This document shows, piece after piece, positions 28,932 to 39,252 of a stretch of 64,000 nt of DNA. The notes under the pieces are model-generated. The model searched no databases. It had not been told where the DNA came from and saw only the letters and a program-made list of their open reading frames with translations. Origin of the DNA: Nitrospirota bacterium. Its GTDB lineage: Bacteria; Nitrospirota; Thermodesulfovibrionia; Thermodesulfovibrionales; JdFR-86. The translations under genes were made by a program, and so were the position numbers. The stretch lies in contig CAVRJY010000004.1 of the NCBI GenBank assembly GCA_963721805.1, positions 288,516 through 352,515 on the forward strand, written 5' to 3'. Each line of letters opens with the position of its first letter. Positions within the stretch are counted from its first letter, which is position 1.

Positions 28932-29723
28932 ATGTTCAACACCAAGGTGGTCGAGACCGCGAGGCTCGACCTTGATACAAAGTTCAAGTTCCGCTGCCAC
29001 AAGGACATAAAGTGCTTTACGCGCTGCTGCAGCAACATCGACATCATGCTGACGCCCTATGACGTCCTGAGGCTCAAAAACCGCCTGAAGATGGACTCCG
29101 AGGAGTTCATAATCAAGCATACGATCAAGCGCGAGGATGAGGCCACGTCGCACCCCTACGCCTACCTCCGCATGGCCGAGGGCGAGGACAGGCTCTGCCC
29201 GTTTCTAAACGGCACCGAGGGCTGCTCGGTCTACGAGGACCGCCCCGTGAGCTGCCGCTACTACCCGATCGGGCAGGCCACGCTTAAAAAGCGCGAGGGC
29301 GAGGAGATGGTGCACGAGGAGTTTTATTTCTTCGTCCGCGAGCCCCACTGCCTCGGGTATCAGGAAGACACCCAGTGGACCATCCAGAGCTGGCGCGACG
29401 ACCAGGGCTCGGCCCTTTACGACGATATGAACCGCGGGTGGAAGGAGCTCCTCATGCGCCGGAACCTGCCGGGCAAGAAGGGCCTCGACCCCAAGAAGCA
29501 GGACCAGTTCTTCATGGCGAGCTACGACCTCGACCGCTTTCACAGGTTCGTCTTCGAGAGCAGGTTTTTGGAGATCTTCGATATCCCGGCCGCCGAGGTC
29601 GAGGCGATGCGCACCGATGAGGTCGCATTGATGAAATTCGGCTTCAAGTACATAAAGTTCGTTCTTATGATGGAAGAGAGCCTGAAGGTGCGCAAGGAAG
29701 CCCTGCCGCAGAAGAAAGCGTAG
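28932..29723 (+). CDS. YkgJ family Cys-cluster protein
   Basis: CH...CFTRCC, CPFL and CSVYEDRPVSCRYYP motifs. Confidence 0.9.
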   Translation: MFNTKVVETARLDLDTKFKFRCHKDIKCFTRCCSNIDIMLTPYDVLRLKNRLKMDSEEFIIKHTIKREDEATSHPYAYLRMAEGEDRLCPFLNGTEGCSVYEDRPVSCRYYPIGQATLKKREGEEMVHEEFYFFVREPHCLGYQEDTQWTIQSWRDDQGSALYDDMNRGWKELLMRRNLPGKKGLDPKKQDQFFMASYDLDRFHRFVFESRFLEIFDIPAAEVEAMRTDEVALMKFGFKYIKFVLMMEESLKVRKEALPQKKA

Positions 29724-29729
29724 ATCCAA

Positions 29730-30516
29730 ATGGGCGCGAGGCTCGGGCAGCACTTCCTCTTCGACCCGCAAATACTCGGGCGCATAGCCGAGGCCTCCGG
29801 GGCCGGGCCCGAAGACACGGTCGTCGAGATCGGTCCGGGGCCGGGCTCGCTTACGAGGGTGCTCGCCCGGCGCGCAGCGCGCATCGTGGCGATAGAGCTG
29901 GACCAGACGCTCCATGCCCGGCTCGCCGCACAGCTTAAATCCGAAGGGATCGAGAACGTCGAGCTGCACCGCGGCGACGCGCTCAGGTTCAACTACTCCT
30001 CGCTCGGCCCTTTTAAGGTCTGCGCCAACATCCCCTACCAGATCACGACGCCTCTGATATTCCTGCTATTAGAACAGCGCGAGAGGCTTCTAAGCATGAC
30101 GCTCACAATGCAGCGCGAGGTCGCCCGCCGCATCGCAGCGCCCCCCGGGCGGCCATAACTACGGCGTGCTCTCGCTCGCGGTGCAATACCAGGGCGTCCC
30201 TGAGCTGCTTTTCAGCGTCCCCGCCTCCGCGTTCTCGCCCCCTCCCAAGGTCGAGTCCGAGTGCCTGCGCATAACCATGCGGGCGGAGCCCCCGGTCAAT
30301 GTAAGGGACGAGGCGCTGATGTTCCGCGTCATACGCGCGGGGTTCGGGATGCGGCGTAAGACGCTCCATAACTCCCTCGGGCGGCTCGCGCCTGATATCG
30401 ACGCGGTGCTTAGCCGCGCAGGGGTCGACCCCAAGCTGCGGGCTGAGCGGCTCGGCATGGCCGAATTCGCAGCGATAGCTGATGCGCTTGGGGACAGTTC
30501 TGATTTATCCAGATAG
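29730..30516 (+). pseudogene. rsmA: 16S rRNA dimethyltransferase RsmA/KsgA, with a +1 frameshift near 30141-30149
   Basis: LGQHFL, EIGPG, NIPYQIT and MQREVA lie in one frame; YGVLS, FSPPPKVES and RRKTL lie in another. Removing one base from CCCCCCGGG restores PPGGHNYG. Confidence 0.88.
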
Positions 30517-30524
30517 CTTTCTTC

Positions 30525-30709
30525 AAAGCGCTCCAAATCGCTTGATACTGCGTTGGGCTGCGAAGACTCGCCCTCTATGTACGTCCAAGTACACCATCGG
30601 GCGGTCTTCTTGCCCTGCCTTGTCTGAAGACGATTTGGGCGCGCTTTCGGGGTTAAACGCGGCCCAGCCGCTGGACCCCGCACCCCAAGGTCAAAGGCAT
30701 AGATTGGAG
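30525..30709 (-). repeat. Family R1 hairpin element, copy B (followed by an R2 variant to ~30774)
   Basis: Reverse complement: CTCCAATCTATGCCTTTGACC...AAAGCGCGCCCAAATCG...GTGTACTTGGACGTACAT...GATTTGGAGCGCTTT. Confidence 0.9.
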
Positions 30710-30773
30710 TGAACGGGGAAGGGGCCCCGTGAATAAGTGAGCGAAGCGAATAGGGACAGGGGTCCGCGACCCC

Positions 30774-30995
30774 TTATTTGCTGCAAGAGGTGCACTGTGC
30801 CTTAGTGCACGAGGCGCACGATGCCGACGAGGTCCCGGCAAACGGCTTTTCGACCCCGCTCATCCCGAATACCGAGAGCTTCTTCTGCACCTGCTCGCTC
30901 TTGCACGCCGGGCACTCGATCTTTGTAGAGGAACTCATCACGAGCTTCTCGAAATCCGCGCCGCAGCCGCAGCACTTATACTCGTAGATCGGCAT
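30774..30995 (-). CDS. FmdB family zinc-ribbon protein
   Basis: MPIYEYKC..C...FE...CPAC motif. Confidence 0.9.
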   Translation of the reverse strand: MPIYEYKCCGCGADFEKLVMSSSTKIECPACKSEQVQKKLSVFGMSGVEKPFAGTSSASCASCTKAQCTSCSK

Positions 30996-31008
30996 GGTTA
31001 ATTGTACC

Positions 31009-31059
31009 AAAAAAAAGGCGCCTGCCGCAGGAGGAATGATCCCGGCGGCAGACGCTTTT
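31009..31059 (-). terminator. Rho-independent terminator after the large surface protein gene
   Basis: GCGTCTGCCG / CGGCAGGCGC stem followed by T8 on the minus strand. Confidence 0.7.
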
Positions 31060-31080
31060 CTGCTATTTAAGCGTTATTGC

Positions 31081-34000
31081 CTATTGAAGCTCGACCCCGC
31101 TGTTGGTGCAGCTGCTCTGGTCCTGGAAGCAGGCGTCCATCCCGACCCAGCCGCCCTCTATATCGCCGCCCTGGCCCTGGAACGTTATGTTGTAGCAGGC
31201 GTTCCCGCCGCAGTCGACCGGGCCGTTGACGGTAGCCGCCGGAATCGTGATCGTGAAGGCGTTCACCTGCCCCGGTATGGCGGAGCCCGAGACCCAGCTT
31301 CCGTCGATCAGGACGGTCGTGGCGTTATTGTTAGAGCCGCCGGGGCCCTCGTAATTGAAGTGCGGGGCGTCAGCGTTTCCCTTGACCCAGATCGGGACGT
31401 ATACCGATCCGTGCACCGTAGTGCCGCTCATGATCTGGCTCAGCCCCGGGGGGCTCGAGACGATGGCCCCTGACATCGAGGGGAAGTCCGCGAGCACGGG
31501 GGTCCCTTCCGCGTCAAACCCGTAGGCCGCGATGATCGTCGAGCCGTACTGCACCGGTCCGCCGGCCGTCGTGAGCGTATATGTGTATTGCGAGCCTATC
31601 GCGGGCCAGAAGGAATCATCGAGCTGAAAGGCCCTCTGAGAGTTGTCTCCGAACGCGTTTCCGCATGAGGGGAGTCCGTCGGTGCCGCCGTTGTCGCAGA
31701 CCATCGGGACCGTAACGTCCCCCGACAGCCCAGGCCCCGTGGCCGTGACTGACTGCACGATGGCCTGCGGGTCATCGACCTCGAACCTGACGTTGTTGCT
31801 GAAGCCGTATGAGGCTTGGTCCCATGCCCAGGTGGTCACGATCGCCCCCGCCGCGCGGTGGTTGCCTGATATGAGCCACGAGCCGCCTATGAGCTTGAAG
31901 CCGGTCTTTATGCTCTGCGTGCCGCTCTCTCCGCCTTTGGACATATAAAGCTGAAAGGAGACGTCCGCCGTATCGCTGCCGAGGGAATCGAGCTGAAGCC
32001 CGGTGAAGGCCAGTGTCGCGCCCTTGAGGTCGCTTACGACGCCGCTCTCCCATTGCGTAGCGTTTTCGCCGTTATCCATGTACGCGGGGTCCACATAAGG
32101 GGCTATGTTAGCGATCGTGAGGTCGGAGCCCTTCTGGTTTATCACATTTACGAAATTGGATATCGCTGTGTTTATGAGGCCGAGCGCGCTGCCCTGGCCG
32201 GCCGTCGTCGGCAGGGTCGTATTACCGGACATCGGGCTTGTCGTGCCGTTGTCCGTCGTCTGCGTGGTCGAGGTATTCACGATGCCTGAGTCAAACGTGG
32301 TTATCGTGCTGTTGACGATGCCGCCGGGCGTGTTCACGATCAGATAGGTGGTCGAGGTGTTCACGATCCCGGCCGCAAACGGGGTTGTCGTGCTATTGTT
32401 CAAGCTCTCAGCGCCGGCCCCGCCCGGATCTGTCGTTACGGTAGTGTCGTCCAGCACGCCGTCGATACCCGTCCCGTCGGCCGCAAACGGGGTCGTGATC
32501 GGGCTGAACCCGCCGGTGTTGTCGAGGCCCGCGGCCTGAAGGGCGGAGGACATCAGGTTTTCGACGACGGTGCCTATGACCTTGACCTCGGTAGGCGAAG
32601 GCGCGGGGTTAGAGGCCGGGTCGCTGAACGCGGCCGCCGGGCTCGTGCCCTGCACCCCGTACCAGGTGCTGACGATAAGGTCCGTAAGCGGCGTGAGGTT
32701 AACCGTCGTCGATGAGTTCATATCCGCGCTCACGCTGTATAGCGTTGTATCGCCTGAGGTTACGCTCAGCAGGAACGGCGGCGTGAGCCCGGTGGCGTCT
32801 ATGCTGAACGAGCCGTCCTGGGCGGTCGTCCCTGTGACCGAAGCGCCGGTGCTGTCGACGAGGGTTACGGTCTCGCCCGGGATCGGCGCGCCGAGAGCGG
32901 CCGTGCCTGTTACGCTATGCGGGCCTCCTCCTATCGAGGCTGCCGGCGTCGCGCTCTTAGTCGCGCCCTTGGAGACGTTCCCCGCGCCATCGACCGCGCA
33001 TACCCTGAAGGAGTAAAGCGTATTGTTCGTAAGCGTGCCCTGCGTGTACTCGGTCCCGGTGGTCGAGCCCTGCGCGGCCGAGCAGGTCTTGGGGGCCTTC
33101 TTTCCGGCCGCGTACGCTACCTTGTAGCCTGCTATATTGCTTAATGCATCGCTAAACCCGCTCCAGTCGAGCCGCACACTGCCGTCTCCGGCGGTCGCGG
33201 TCACGGTCCCGTTTGAAGGGGCCGTCTTGTCATAAATGATCGTATCGGAGGCCATTTCAGAGATATTGTTCGAGCTGTCCTTGAACCAGACGTAAACATA
33301 ATCCGTCCCGGACTTCCCTGCCAGCTTCTGGCTGACGGTGGCGTTCAATATCGTCGTTGCAGGCACGGCGGTCCATTTGGTCTTCTTGCCCGGAGGGGTC
33401 GCCTTGGTCGAGCGGTAGTAGCCCTTAACAGCGACGTCGTCGGTCGCGTAGAGGTTCAGCGTGACCGAGGTAGACTTGGTATACGCCGCACCGTTGTTGA
33501 TCGAGACGGTTCCGACCGGCAGTACGTGCTCGATCGGCGTTGCGGTTGCGGTCGAGCCCAGCGATACGTTGCCGGCCCTGTCCACGCCGCAGACCCTGTA
33601 TGAGTACTGGGTAAGGTTCGCAAGCGGCGTGTGCGTATATGATGCGTCGGTCGCGTTCGCGAAGGCGGCCGAACAGTTGGCCGGGGCCTTCGGGCCGACG
33701 GCATAGGCTATCTTGTAAAGGGCCACTCCGCTTGTCGCGTCAACGGTATTCGTCCAGCTCAGCGAGACCTGCCGGTCTCCGGCAGTAGCGTTTAAGATCC
33801 CGCCTGCAGGGGCCACGTTGTCATAGACTATCGAGGCGCTAAACGGCGCGGACCAGCCGCCGGCCGCATCCGAGACCATGGCGTATACGGTCTGCGGGCC
33901 GTTGGCCGGGCTCAGCGTCCAGGGCTTTGCTGCGGCATAGGCCACAGGCGTCTGGTATGTGATGCCGTCGGTCGAGAACTGCATCTGCGAGCAGGCGTCC

Positions 34001-35661
34001 GATGCGGTGCATGAGAGCGTCAGGGTGGCAGAGAGGGAATTCGTGAACCCTGCTCCGGAGTTTATCGCTATCGAGCCCTCAGGCGCGGTCGTCTGGTTCA
34101 CGGCCGAGGAGCGCACGGACTCGGCGTTCCCCGCGATGTCCATCGAGAGGTATCTGAGATGCTGCGTGCATGCGGTGCCAGCCGGGCAGGTCACATTTAA
34201 GGCCCCCTCGTATGTAATGCCCGGCGTGCATGTGTCCGCCGAATCCACGCAGTACTTCGGATACCCGGCCGCAAGCCCCGAGCCCGTGCCGTCATCCCCG
34301 GAGAGAGTCACGAGTATCGAGAGTGAGTTTGAGATATCCCCAAATGCATATTCAACGGGCGTGGCTGTCGTGACCGGGGGCTGCAGATCCTGGTACACGA
34401 CGGAACTCTTTGCGCCCTCGATGTTGCCCGCGGAGTCCCTTGCGTAGTAGCGTATGTACTGTGTACAGACGCTGTCTGAGGGGCAGGTGACCTCGACCGG
34501 CACCGTATAGGCCGTACCCGGGTCGCAGGTGTTCGTGATATCCACACAGTAGGCAGGGTAGCCCGGCACATTGATCGGCCCGTTGACCCCGTCAATGGAC
34601 GTAAGCGTGACGCTGATCGTCCCCTCCGAGCTCCAGTCACCCATTACATATCCGGCAGCATTGGCTATCGTTGTAGGAGGCGTATGGTCCACAAGATAAA
34701 ACTTTTGGACGCGGTTGTTAAGCAGGTCCGATACATAGACTTTACTCGAGTCCCCATAGCCCTGCACGGAAACGTCATAGGGGCCGTTGAAGTCCGTGCC
34801 CGCGCCATTACTCCCGATCGTGTTTTGGTATATGCCATTTGAGTCGAAGACCTGGATGCGCTCGTTGCCGGAGTCCGCCACATAGAGCCAGTCAGCGCCG
34901 TCCACCGCCAAGCCAAAGGGCTGGTTGAAATGAGCGTTGTCCGCGCCGGATACGGTTGCTATGCCGAGCGTGCTTTGGTAGACGCCGCTTGAGTTGAATA
35001 TCTGTACGCGCTGGTTATTGCAATCCGAGACATAAATATTGCCGGAGTGGTCCACCGCCACGCCTGAGGGTTGATTGAAATGGCTGTTGTCCGCGCCGGA
35101 TACGTTTGTTATCCCAAGCGTGCCCTGGTATGCGCCGGTTGAGTTGAATATCTGGACGCGGGAGTTAAGGTAATCCGCCACGTAGACGTTGCCGGGGCCG
35201 TCCACGGCCACGCTATATGGCCAGTTAAAATGATTGTTGTCGATGTCGGAGACTCCGGTTATCCCTAGCGTGGACTCGTATACGCCGCTTGAGTTGAATA
35301 TCTGGATGCGCTGGTTGCCGGTGTCAGCCACGTATACATTGCCGGGGCCGTCGACCGCTACGCCAAAGGGCTGCTTGAAATGGCCGTTGTCAGTGCCGGG
35401 CACGCCGGACTCGCCGAGCGTGCTCTGGTAGACGCCGCTTGAGTCGAACTTCTGGACGCGGCTGTTGGCATTGTCGACGACATAAAAGTTGCCTGAGCCA
35501 TCCACCGCGGCGCCGTAGGGATAATTGAGGTGGCTGTTGTCCGCGCCGGGCTCATTGGCTACGCCGAGTGTGGATATGTACGAATACCAGTCCGCCCATG
35601 CCGGCGGAGCGAGAAACAAGGCGATTACTATAAACAGGGACAAAACGCGCAACGACTTCAT
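31081..35661 (-). CDS. Large secreted/surface protein with NHL repeats, Cys-rich repeats and FN3/Ig-like domains
   Basis: Signal peptide; about 6 repeats of P.GVAVD..GN.YVAD..N.R.Q.F; two YCVD...TC repeats; two YS(Y/F)RVC.VD FN3-like modules. Confidence 0.85.
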   Translation of the reverse strand: MKSLRVLSLFIVIALFLAPPAWADWYSYISTLGVANEPGADNSHLNYPYGAAVDGSGNFYVVDNANSRVQKFDSSGVYQSTLGESGVPGTDNGHFKQPFGVAVDGPGNVYVADTGNQRIQIFNSSGVYESTLGITGVSDIDNNHFNWPYSVAVDGPGNVYVADYLNSRVQIFNSTGAYQGTLGITNVSGADNSHFNQPSGVAVDHSGNIYVSDCNNQRVQIFNSSGVYQSTLGIATVSGADNAHFNQPFGLAVDGADWLYVADSGNERIQVFDSNGIYQNTIGSNGAGTDFNGPYDVSVQGYGDSSKVYVSDLLNNRVQKFYLVDHTPPTTIANAAGYVMGDWSSEGTISVTLTSIDGVNGPINVPGYPAYCVDITNTCDPGTAYTVPVEVTCPSDSVCTQYIRYYARDSAGNIEGAKSSVVYQDLQPPVTTATPVEYAFGDISNSLSILVTLSGDDGTGSGLAAGYPKYCVDSADTCTPGITYEGALNVTCPAGTACTQHLRYLSMDIAGNAESVRSSAVNQTTAPEGSIAINSGAGFTNSLSATLTLSCTASDACSQMQFSTDGITYQTPVAYAAAKPWTLSPANGPQTVYAMVSDAAGGWSAPFSASIVYDNVAPAGGILNATAGDRQVSLSWTNTVDATSGVALYKIAYAVGPKAPANCSAAFANATDASYTHTPLANLTQYSYRVCGVDRAGNVSLGSTATATPIEHVLPVGTVSINNGAAYTKSTSVTLNLYATDDVAVKGYYRSTKATPPGKKTKWTAVPATTILNATVSQKLAGKSGTDYVYVWFKDSSNNISEMASDTIIYDKTAPSNGTVTATAGDGSVRLDWSGFSDALSNIAGYKVAYAAGKKAPKTCSAAQGSTTGTEYTQGTLTNNTLYSFRVCAVDGAGNVSKGATKSATPAASIGGGPHSVTGTAALGAPIPGETVTLVDSTGASVTGTTAQDGSFSIDATGLTPPFLLSVTSGDTTLYSVSADMNSSTTVNLTPLTDLIVSTWYGVQGTSPAAAFSDPASNPAPSPTEVKVIGTVVENLMSSALQAAGLDNTGGFSPITTPFAADGTGIDGVLDDTTVTTDPGGAGAESLNNSTTTPFAAGIVNTSTTYLIVNTPGGIVNSTITTFDSGIVNTSTTQTTDNGTTSPMSGNTTLPTTAGQGSALGLINTAISNFVNVINQKGSDLTIANIAPYVDPAYMDNGENATQWESGVVSDLKGATLAFTGLQLDSLGSDTADVSFQLYMSKGGESGTQSIKTGFKLIGGSWLISGNHRAAGAIVTTWAWDQASYGFSNNVRFEVDDPQAIVQSVTATGPGLSGDVTVPMVCDNGGTDGLPSCGNAFGDNSQRAFQLDDSFWPAIGSQYTYTLTTAGGPVQYGSTIIAAYGFDAEGTPVLADFPSMSGAIVSSPPGLSQIMSGTTVHGSVYVPIWVKGNADAPHFNYEGPGGSNNNATTVLIDGSWVSGSAIPGQVNAFTITIPAATVNGPVDCGGNACYNITFQGQGGDIEGGWVGMDACFQDQSSCTNSGVELQ

Positions 35662-35731
35662 GCAAGCAACCTCCGGATCATTTAAAAAGACTGTCGGTGG
35701 AAAAAGCCTCTACCACGCCAATTGAGGCCTC

Positions 35732-35761
35732 AGTCTACTCGCATCTCCGATGCCTTGTCAA
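35732..35761 (-). promoter_or_regulatory. Sigma-70 promoter of the surface protein gene
   Basis: TTGACA-N18-TAGACT on the minus strand. Confidence 0.6.
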
Positions 35762-35868
35762 TGTATGCGGATGCCCGTAAAACCTTGCTATTGCAATCTT
35801 TCGGTGCGGAGGGGCAAAAGTTTACTACATCTGAATCGGCACCGGAATGGCGGCTGGCTGGCACTCCT

Positions 35869-36169
35869 CTAATCAATGCCGTTGACCGCTCGCACGCGCA
35901 GGTACTTAAAACTGAAAGCGCGATAAATCGCGTCAGACTAGGGGGCCGAATGGCCCCCTTTCCATATTCGCGGGACTAACGGCCCCGCTCACAGCACAAC
36001 TCCAATCATGCCGTTGACCGCTCGCACGATTATGCAGCAGAAGCTTAAAGCGCGATAAATCGCGTCAGACTAGGAAGGGCGAGAAGACCGCCCGATGGTG
36101 TACTTGGACGTACATAGAGGGCGAGTCTTTGAAGGCCTGACAACGTATCACGCGACTTTAGCGCGCTTT
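35869..36169 (+). repeat. Mosaic: truncated R1 (35869-35942), R2 (35941-35991), full R1 (36000-36169)
   Basis: AATC(A)ATGCCGTTGACCGCTCGCACG and AAAGCGCGATAAATCGCGTCAGACTAGG each occur twice, separated by an R2 unit. Confidence 0.88.
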
Positions 36170-36202
36170 AAAAAAAGTGTTCAGAGAGGTGTCAGTCAGC
36201 CC

Positions 36203-37192
36203 CTAACCATCTAAATCCGAAAGCTCGTCCTCTAGCCTCTTCTGGCAGTCGGGACACATCCCATGCGTGAATTCCGCGTCCGAGTGCTGCTGGATGTACT
36301 CCTCAACCTGGCTCCAGTAGCCCTGATCGTCGCGTATCTTCTTGCACCAGGCGCAGATCGGCAGCAGCCCGCCGAGGGTCTTGATCTTCGCAAGCGCACC
36401 CCGGAGCTCCGCGATCAGGCGTTCGCGCTCGAGCTCCGCGAGCTTGCGGGCGGTGACGTCGAATATGAAGCCCCTAAGCAGGCCGCCGCCCTTGGCCACG
36501 TGGTTTACGATCTGGCGCAGCCATATCGTCTCGCCGCCGGCGGTCACGAGGCGGTACTCTATCTCTCTGGGCTCCCTGTCAGCGGCCGTCGCGCGAAGCG
36601 CGCCGATTGCGGCCTCGCGGTCTTCGGGCGCTACCGCCGACTCCCAGAACGCGAGGCCTCCCTGCACTACGGTCTCGGGCTCGTATCCGGTCACGCGCTC
36701 GGCCTGCGGGCCGAGGTACGTAAAGTCCCATCCGGGCAGCCCGATCTCCCACGGGATCGCCCCCGCTGTCTCCAAAAGCGCGCGGAACTGCTCGCGGCTC
36801 TCTCTGAGCATCCCGTCGAGCTCGTGTTTGTACAGGGCCATCTCGACCGTGATGCGCAGCTCCGTGCGGTCGAAGGGCTTTACGATATACCCAAGCGGGC
36901 CGGTGAGCTTCGCGCGCTGCACCACGCGTTCGTCGGCATAGGCGGTCAGGTATACGACCGGGACGTCGATGCGGTCGCGGATGGCCTCGGCTGTCTCGAT
37001 GCCGTCCATAACCCCCTGCAGCATGATGTCCATCAGTATGAGGTCCGGGCGAGAGAGCATCGCGAGCCTGATCGCATCCGGCCCGGAGCTCGCGACCCCG
37101 GCGACCTCATAACCGAAGCCCTCGAGGGAGTCGCAGATGTCGCGTGCGATGATGCGTTCGTCCTCTACGACGAGGATCCTTGGGGGGTTCAT
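36203..37192 (-). CDS. Response regulator with PAS domain and C-terminal Cys/His motif
   Basis: REC domain (VVEDE, MDI, KPF), PAS, LPICAWCKKIRD...FTHGMCPDC. Confidence 0.9.
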   Translation of the reverse strand: MNPPRILVVEDERIIARDICDSLEGFGYEVAGVASSGPDAIRLAMLSRPDLILMDIMLQGVMDGIETAEAIRDRIDVPVVYLTAYADERVVQRAKLTGPLGYIVKPFDRTELRITVEMALYKHELDGMLRESREQFRALLETAGAIPWEIGLPGWDFTYLGPQAERVTGYEPETVVQGGLAFWESAVAPEDREAAIGALRATAADREPREIEYRLVTAGGETIWLRQIVNHVAKGGGLLRGFIFDVTARKLAELERERLIAELRGALAKIKTLGGLLPICAWCKKIRDDQGYWSQVEEYIQQHSDAEFTHGMCPDCQKRLEDELSDLDG

Positions 37193-39099
37193 TGTCTGGC
37201 GGTCTTGGCGGCCGGGCCGAGAGTCTCCCTTATCTTGGCCGCAAGCGCGGCCGGCCTGATCGGTTTTTGCAGCAGCGCGGCCTCGCTCAGTTCGCTCTCG
37301 GGGTCGTCGACCTGTTTCCAGTACCCGGACATGTAGAGCACCTTGATGCCGGGCTTCGTGCGGCGGACCCTGGAAGCGAGCTGCACGCCGTTCATGTGCG
37401 GCATGACGATGTCGGTCAGCAGCAGGTCCAGGGGGCCCTCGCGCACCTCGGCGAGCTTGATCGCGCCGTCCGCGTCCGGGGCCTCGAGCACGGTATATCC
37501 GAGCGGCGTGAGGATATCTCTAACCAGCCCGCGTATCGAGGGCTCGTCGTCGACGACGAGGATCGTCTCGGTGCCGGTGCCGAGCGGGACGGCCTTCTCT
37601 TTCGGGTGCGGTTCGGCGGCCTCTTCGGCGGCCGGGAGGTAGATCGAGAATGTTGTGCCCTTCCCCTGGACGCTCTCTACAGTGATCGCGCCCTGGTGCT
37701 GCATCACGATGCCGTATACGGTCGAGAGCCCGAGGCCCGTGCCCCGGCCCTCCTGCTTGGTCGTGAAGAACGGCTCGAATATCCGCTCCTTGACCTCCTC
37801 GGTCATGCCCTCGCCGTTGTCCGTGACCGTGATGACCGCGTAATCGCCAGGCTTGAGCTCGGGGTGGGGCAGCCGGTCGCCGGGGCCGAAGCTCGCAAGC
37901 GAGGTCTGGATCACAAGCGTCCCGCCTTGCGGCATCGCGTCGCGGGCGTTTACGGCAAGGTTCAAAAGTATCTGCTCGACCTGGCTGCGGTCGGCGTTGG
38001 CGCTGAGCGTGCCCTTGTAGGGGCGGATGTCGAGCATCACGTCCTCGCCGATCAGGCGCACGAGCATCCGTGACATCTCGTCGACGGTCATGTTCAAATC
38101 CAGCGGCCGAAGCTCCATGACCTGCCTGCTGCTGAAGGCCAGAAGCTGGCGCGTGAGCATCGCGGCCTTCTCGCCGGCGTCGCGGATGATCTCGAGCTTC
38201 TCGTATGCCGGGTGGGTTTCGGGCAGCTCCATCAGGGCCATCTCGCTGTAGCCGAGCACCGCGGACATGATGTTGCTGAAGTCGTGGGCCACGCCCCCGG
38301 CCATGCGGCCTATGGACTCGAGCCTCTGGGACTTCAGGAGCTGCTGTTCCAGAGCGCGGCGCTCGGTGATGTCGAGCATGTACTCGATGATCTGGACGAC
38401 CTTGCCCTTTTCGCCGAATACCGGGTATGCGTGGATCTCGAAGACCCGCTGCCCCTTGTGGGTCTGGTGTACGTGTTCGACCACGGCCTCGCGGCCGGTG
38501 CGCTTGACCTCCTCTAGCGGGCAGGTATGGCCGGGGCCGGAGCAGGGCTCCTGTATGCCGTGCGTCATGACGTAGCACTTCGAGTCCGGCCCGAGGGGGT
38601 CGAAGTCCGCGGCCTTGTTCGACATCACGACGGTATAGGTCTCGGCGTCGATTATGTAAAACGGGTGGGTGAGGGACTCGATGATCGTGTTTACGAACTC
38701 GTTTTGGTGGCGCAGGCGCTCGAGCATCTCGTGCTTGTAGAGGCCCATCTGGATCGTGAAGTGAAGCTCGCGGTCCTCAAACGGCTTGATGATATACCCA
38801 AACGGGCCGGTGACGCGCGCTCGCTCGATGATCCTGTCGTCGGCGTAGGCGGTGACGTATATCACCGGGATCGAGTACTTGGAGTATATGATCTCGGCGG
38901 CCTCGATGCCGTCCATCTTGCCAGAGAGCATGATGTCCATAAGCACGAGGTCCGGCTTGAGCGCGGCGGCGTCGCGCACGGCGGCCTCGCCGCTTGAGAC
39001 CGCGCCCGCGACCTCGTAGCCGAGCCCTATCAGGCTCTGCTGGATGTCGTTGCTGATTATGGCCTCGTCTTCGACTATAAGGACCCTTGTCTTGGCCAT
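37189..39099 (-). CDS. Hybrid sensor histidine kinase (REC-PAS-HisKA-HATPase-REC)
   Basis: GGVAHDFSN and NLAVNARDAM motifs, G-boxes, two REC domains. Confidence 0.93.
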   Translation of the reverse strand: MAKTRVLIVEDEAIISNDIQQSLIGLGYEVAGAVSSGEAAVRDAAALKPDLVLMDIMLSGKMDGIEAAEIIYSKYSIPVIYVTAYADDRIIERARVTGPFGYIIKPFEDRELHFTIQMGLYKHEMLERLRHQNEFVNTIIESLTHPFYIIDAETYTVVMSNKAADFDPLGPDSKCYVMTHGIQEPCSGPGHTCPLEEVKRTGREAVVEHVHQTHKGQRVFEIHAYPVFGEKGKVVQIIEYMLDITERRALEQQLLKSQRLESIGRMAGGVAHDFSNIMSAVLGYSEMALMELPETHPAYEKLEIIRDAGEKAAMLTRQLLAFSSRQVMELRPLDLNMTVDEMSRMLVRLIGEDVMLDIRPYKGTLSANADRSQVEQILLNLAVNARDAMPQGGTLVIQTSLASFGPGDRLPHPELKPGDYAVITVTDNGEGMTEEVKERIFEPFFTTKQEGRGTGLGLSTVYGIVMQHQGAITVESVQGKGTTFSIYLPAAEEAAEPHPKEKAVPLGTGTETILVVDDEPSIRGLVRDILTPLGYTVLEAPDADGAIKLAEVREGPLDLLLTDIVMPHMNGVQLASRVRRTKPGIKVLYMSGYWKQVDDPESELSEAALLQKPIRPAALAAKIRETLGPAAKTARQ

Positions 39100-39252
39100 C
39101 CATCCCCCAATTTAGACTATATATATCACTTAGTGACATTAAACCATAGTTGGCTATGTAACGCAAATTCAAACTACGGCTTGAGGGCTCAGGGGCCGGC
39201 TGGCCCTTTTCTTTTCCGCGATCGCCGCTTCAGGGCTCAGGGGGCATGGCCC

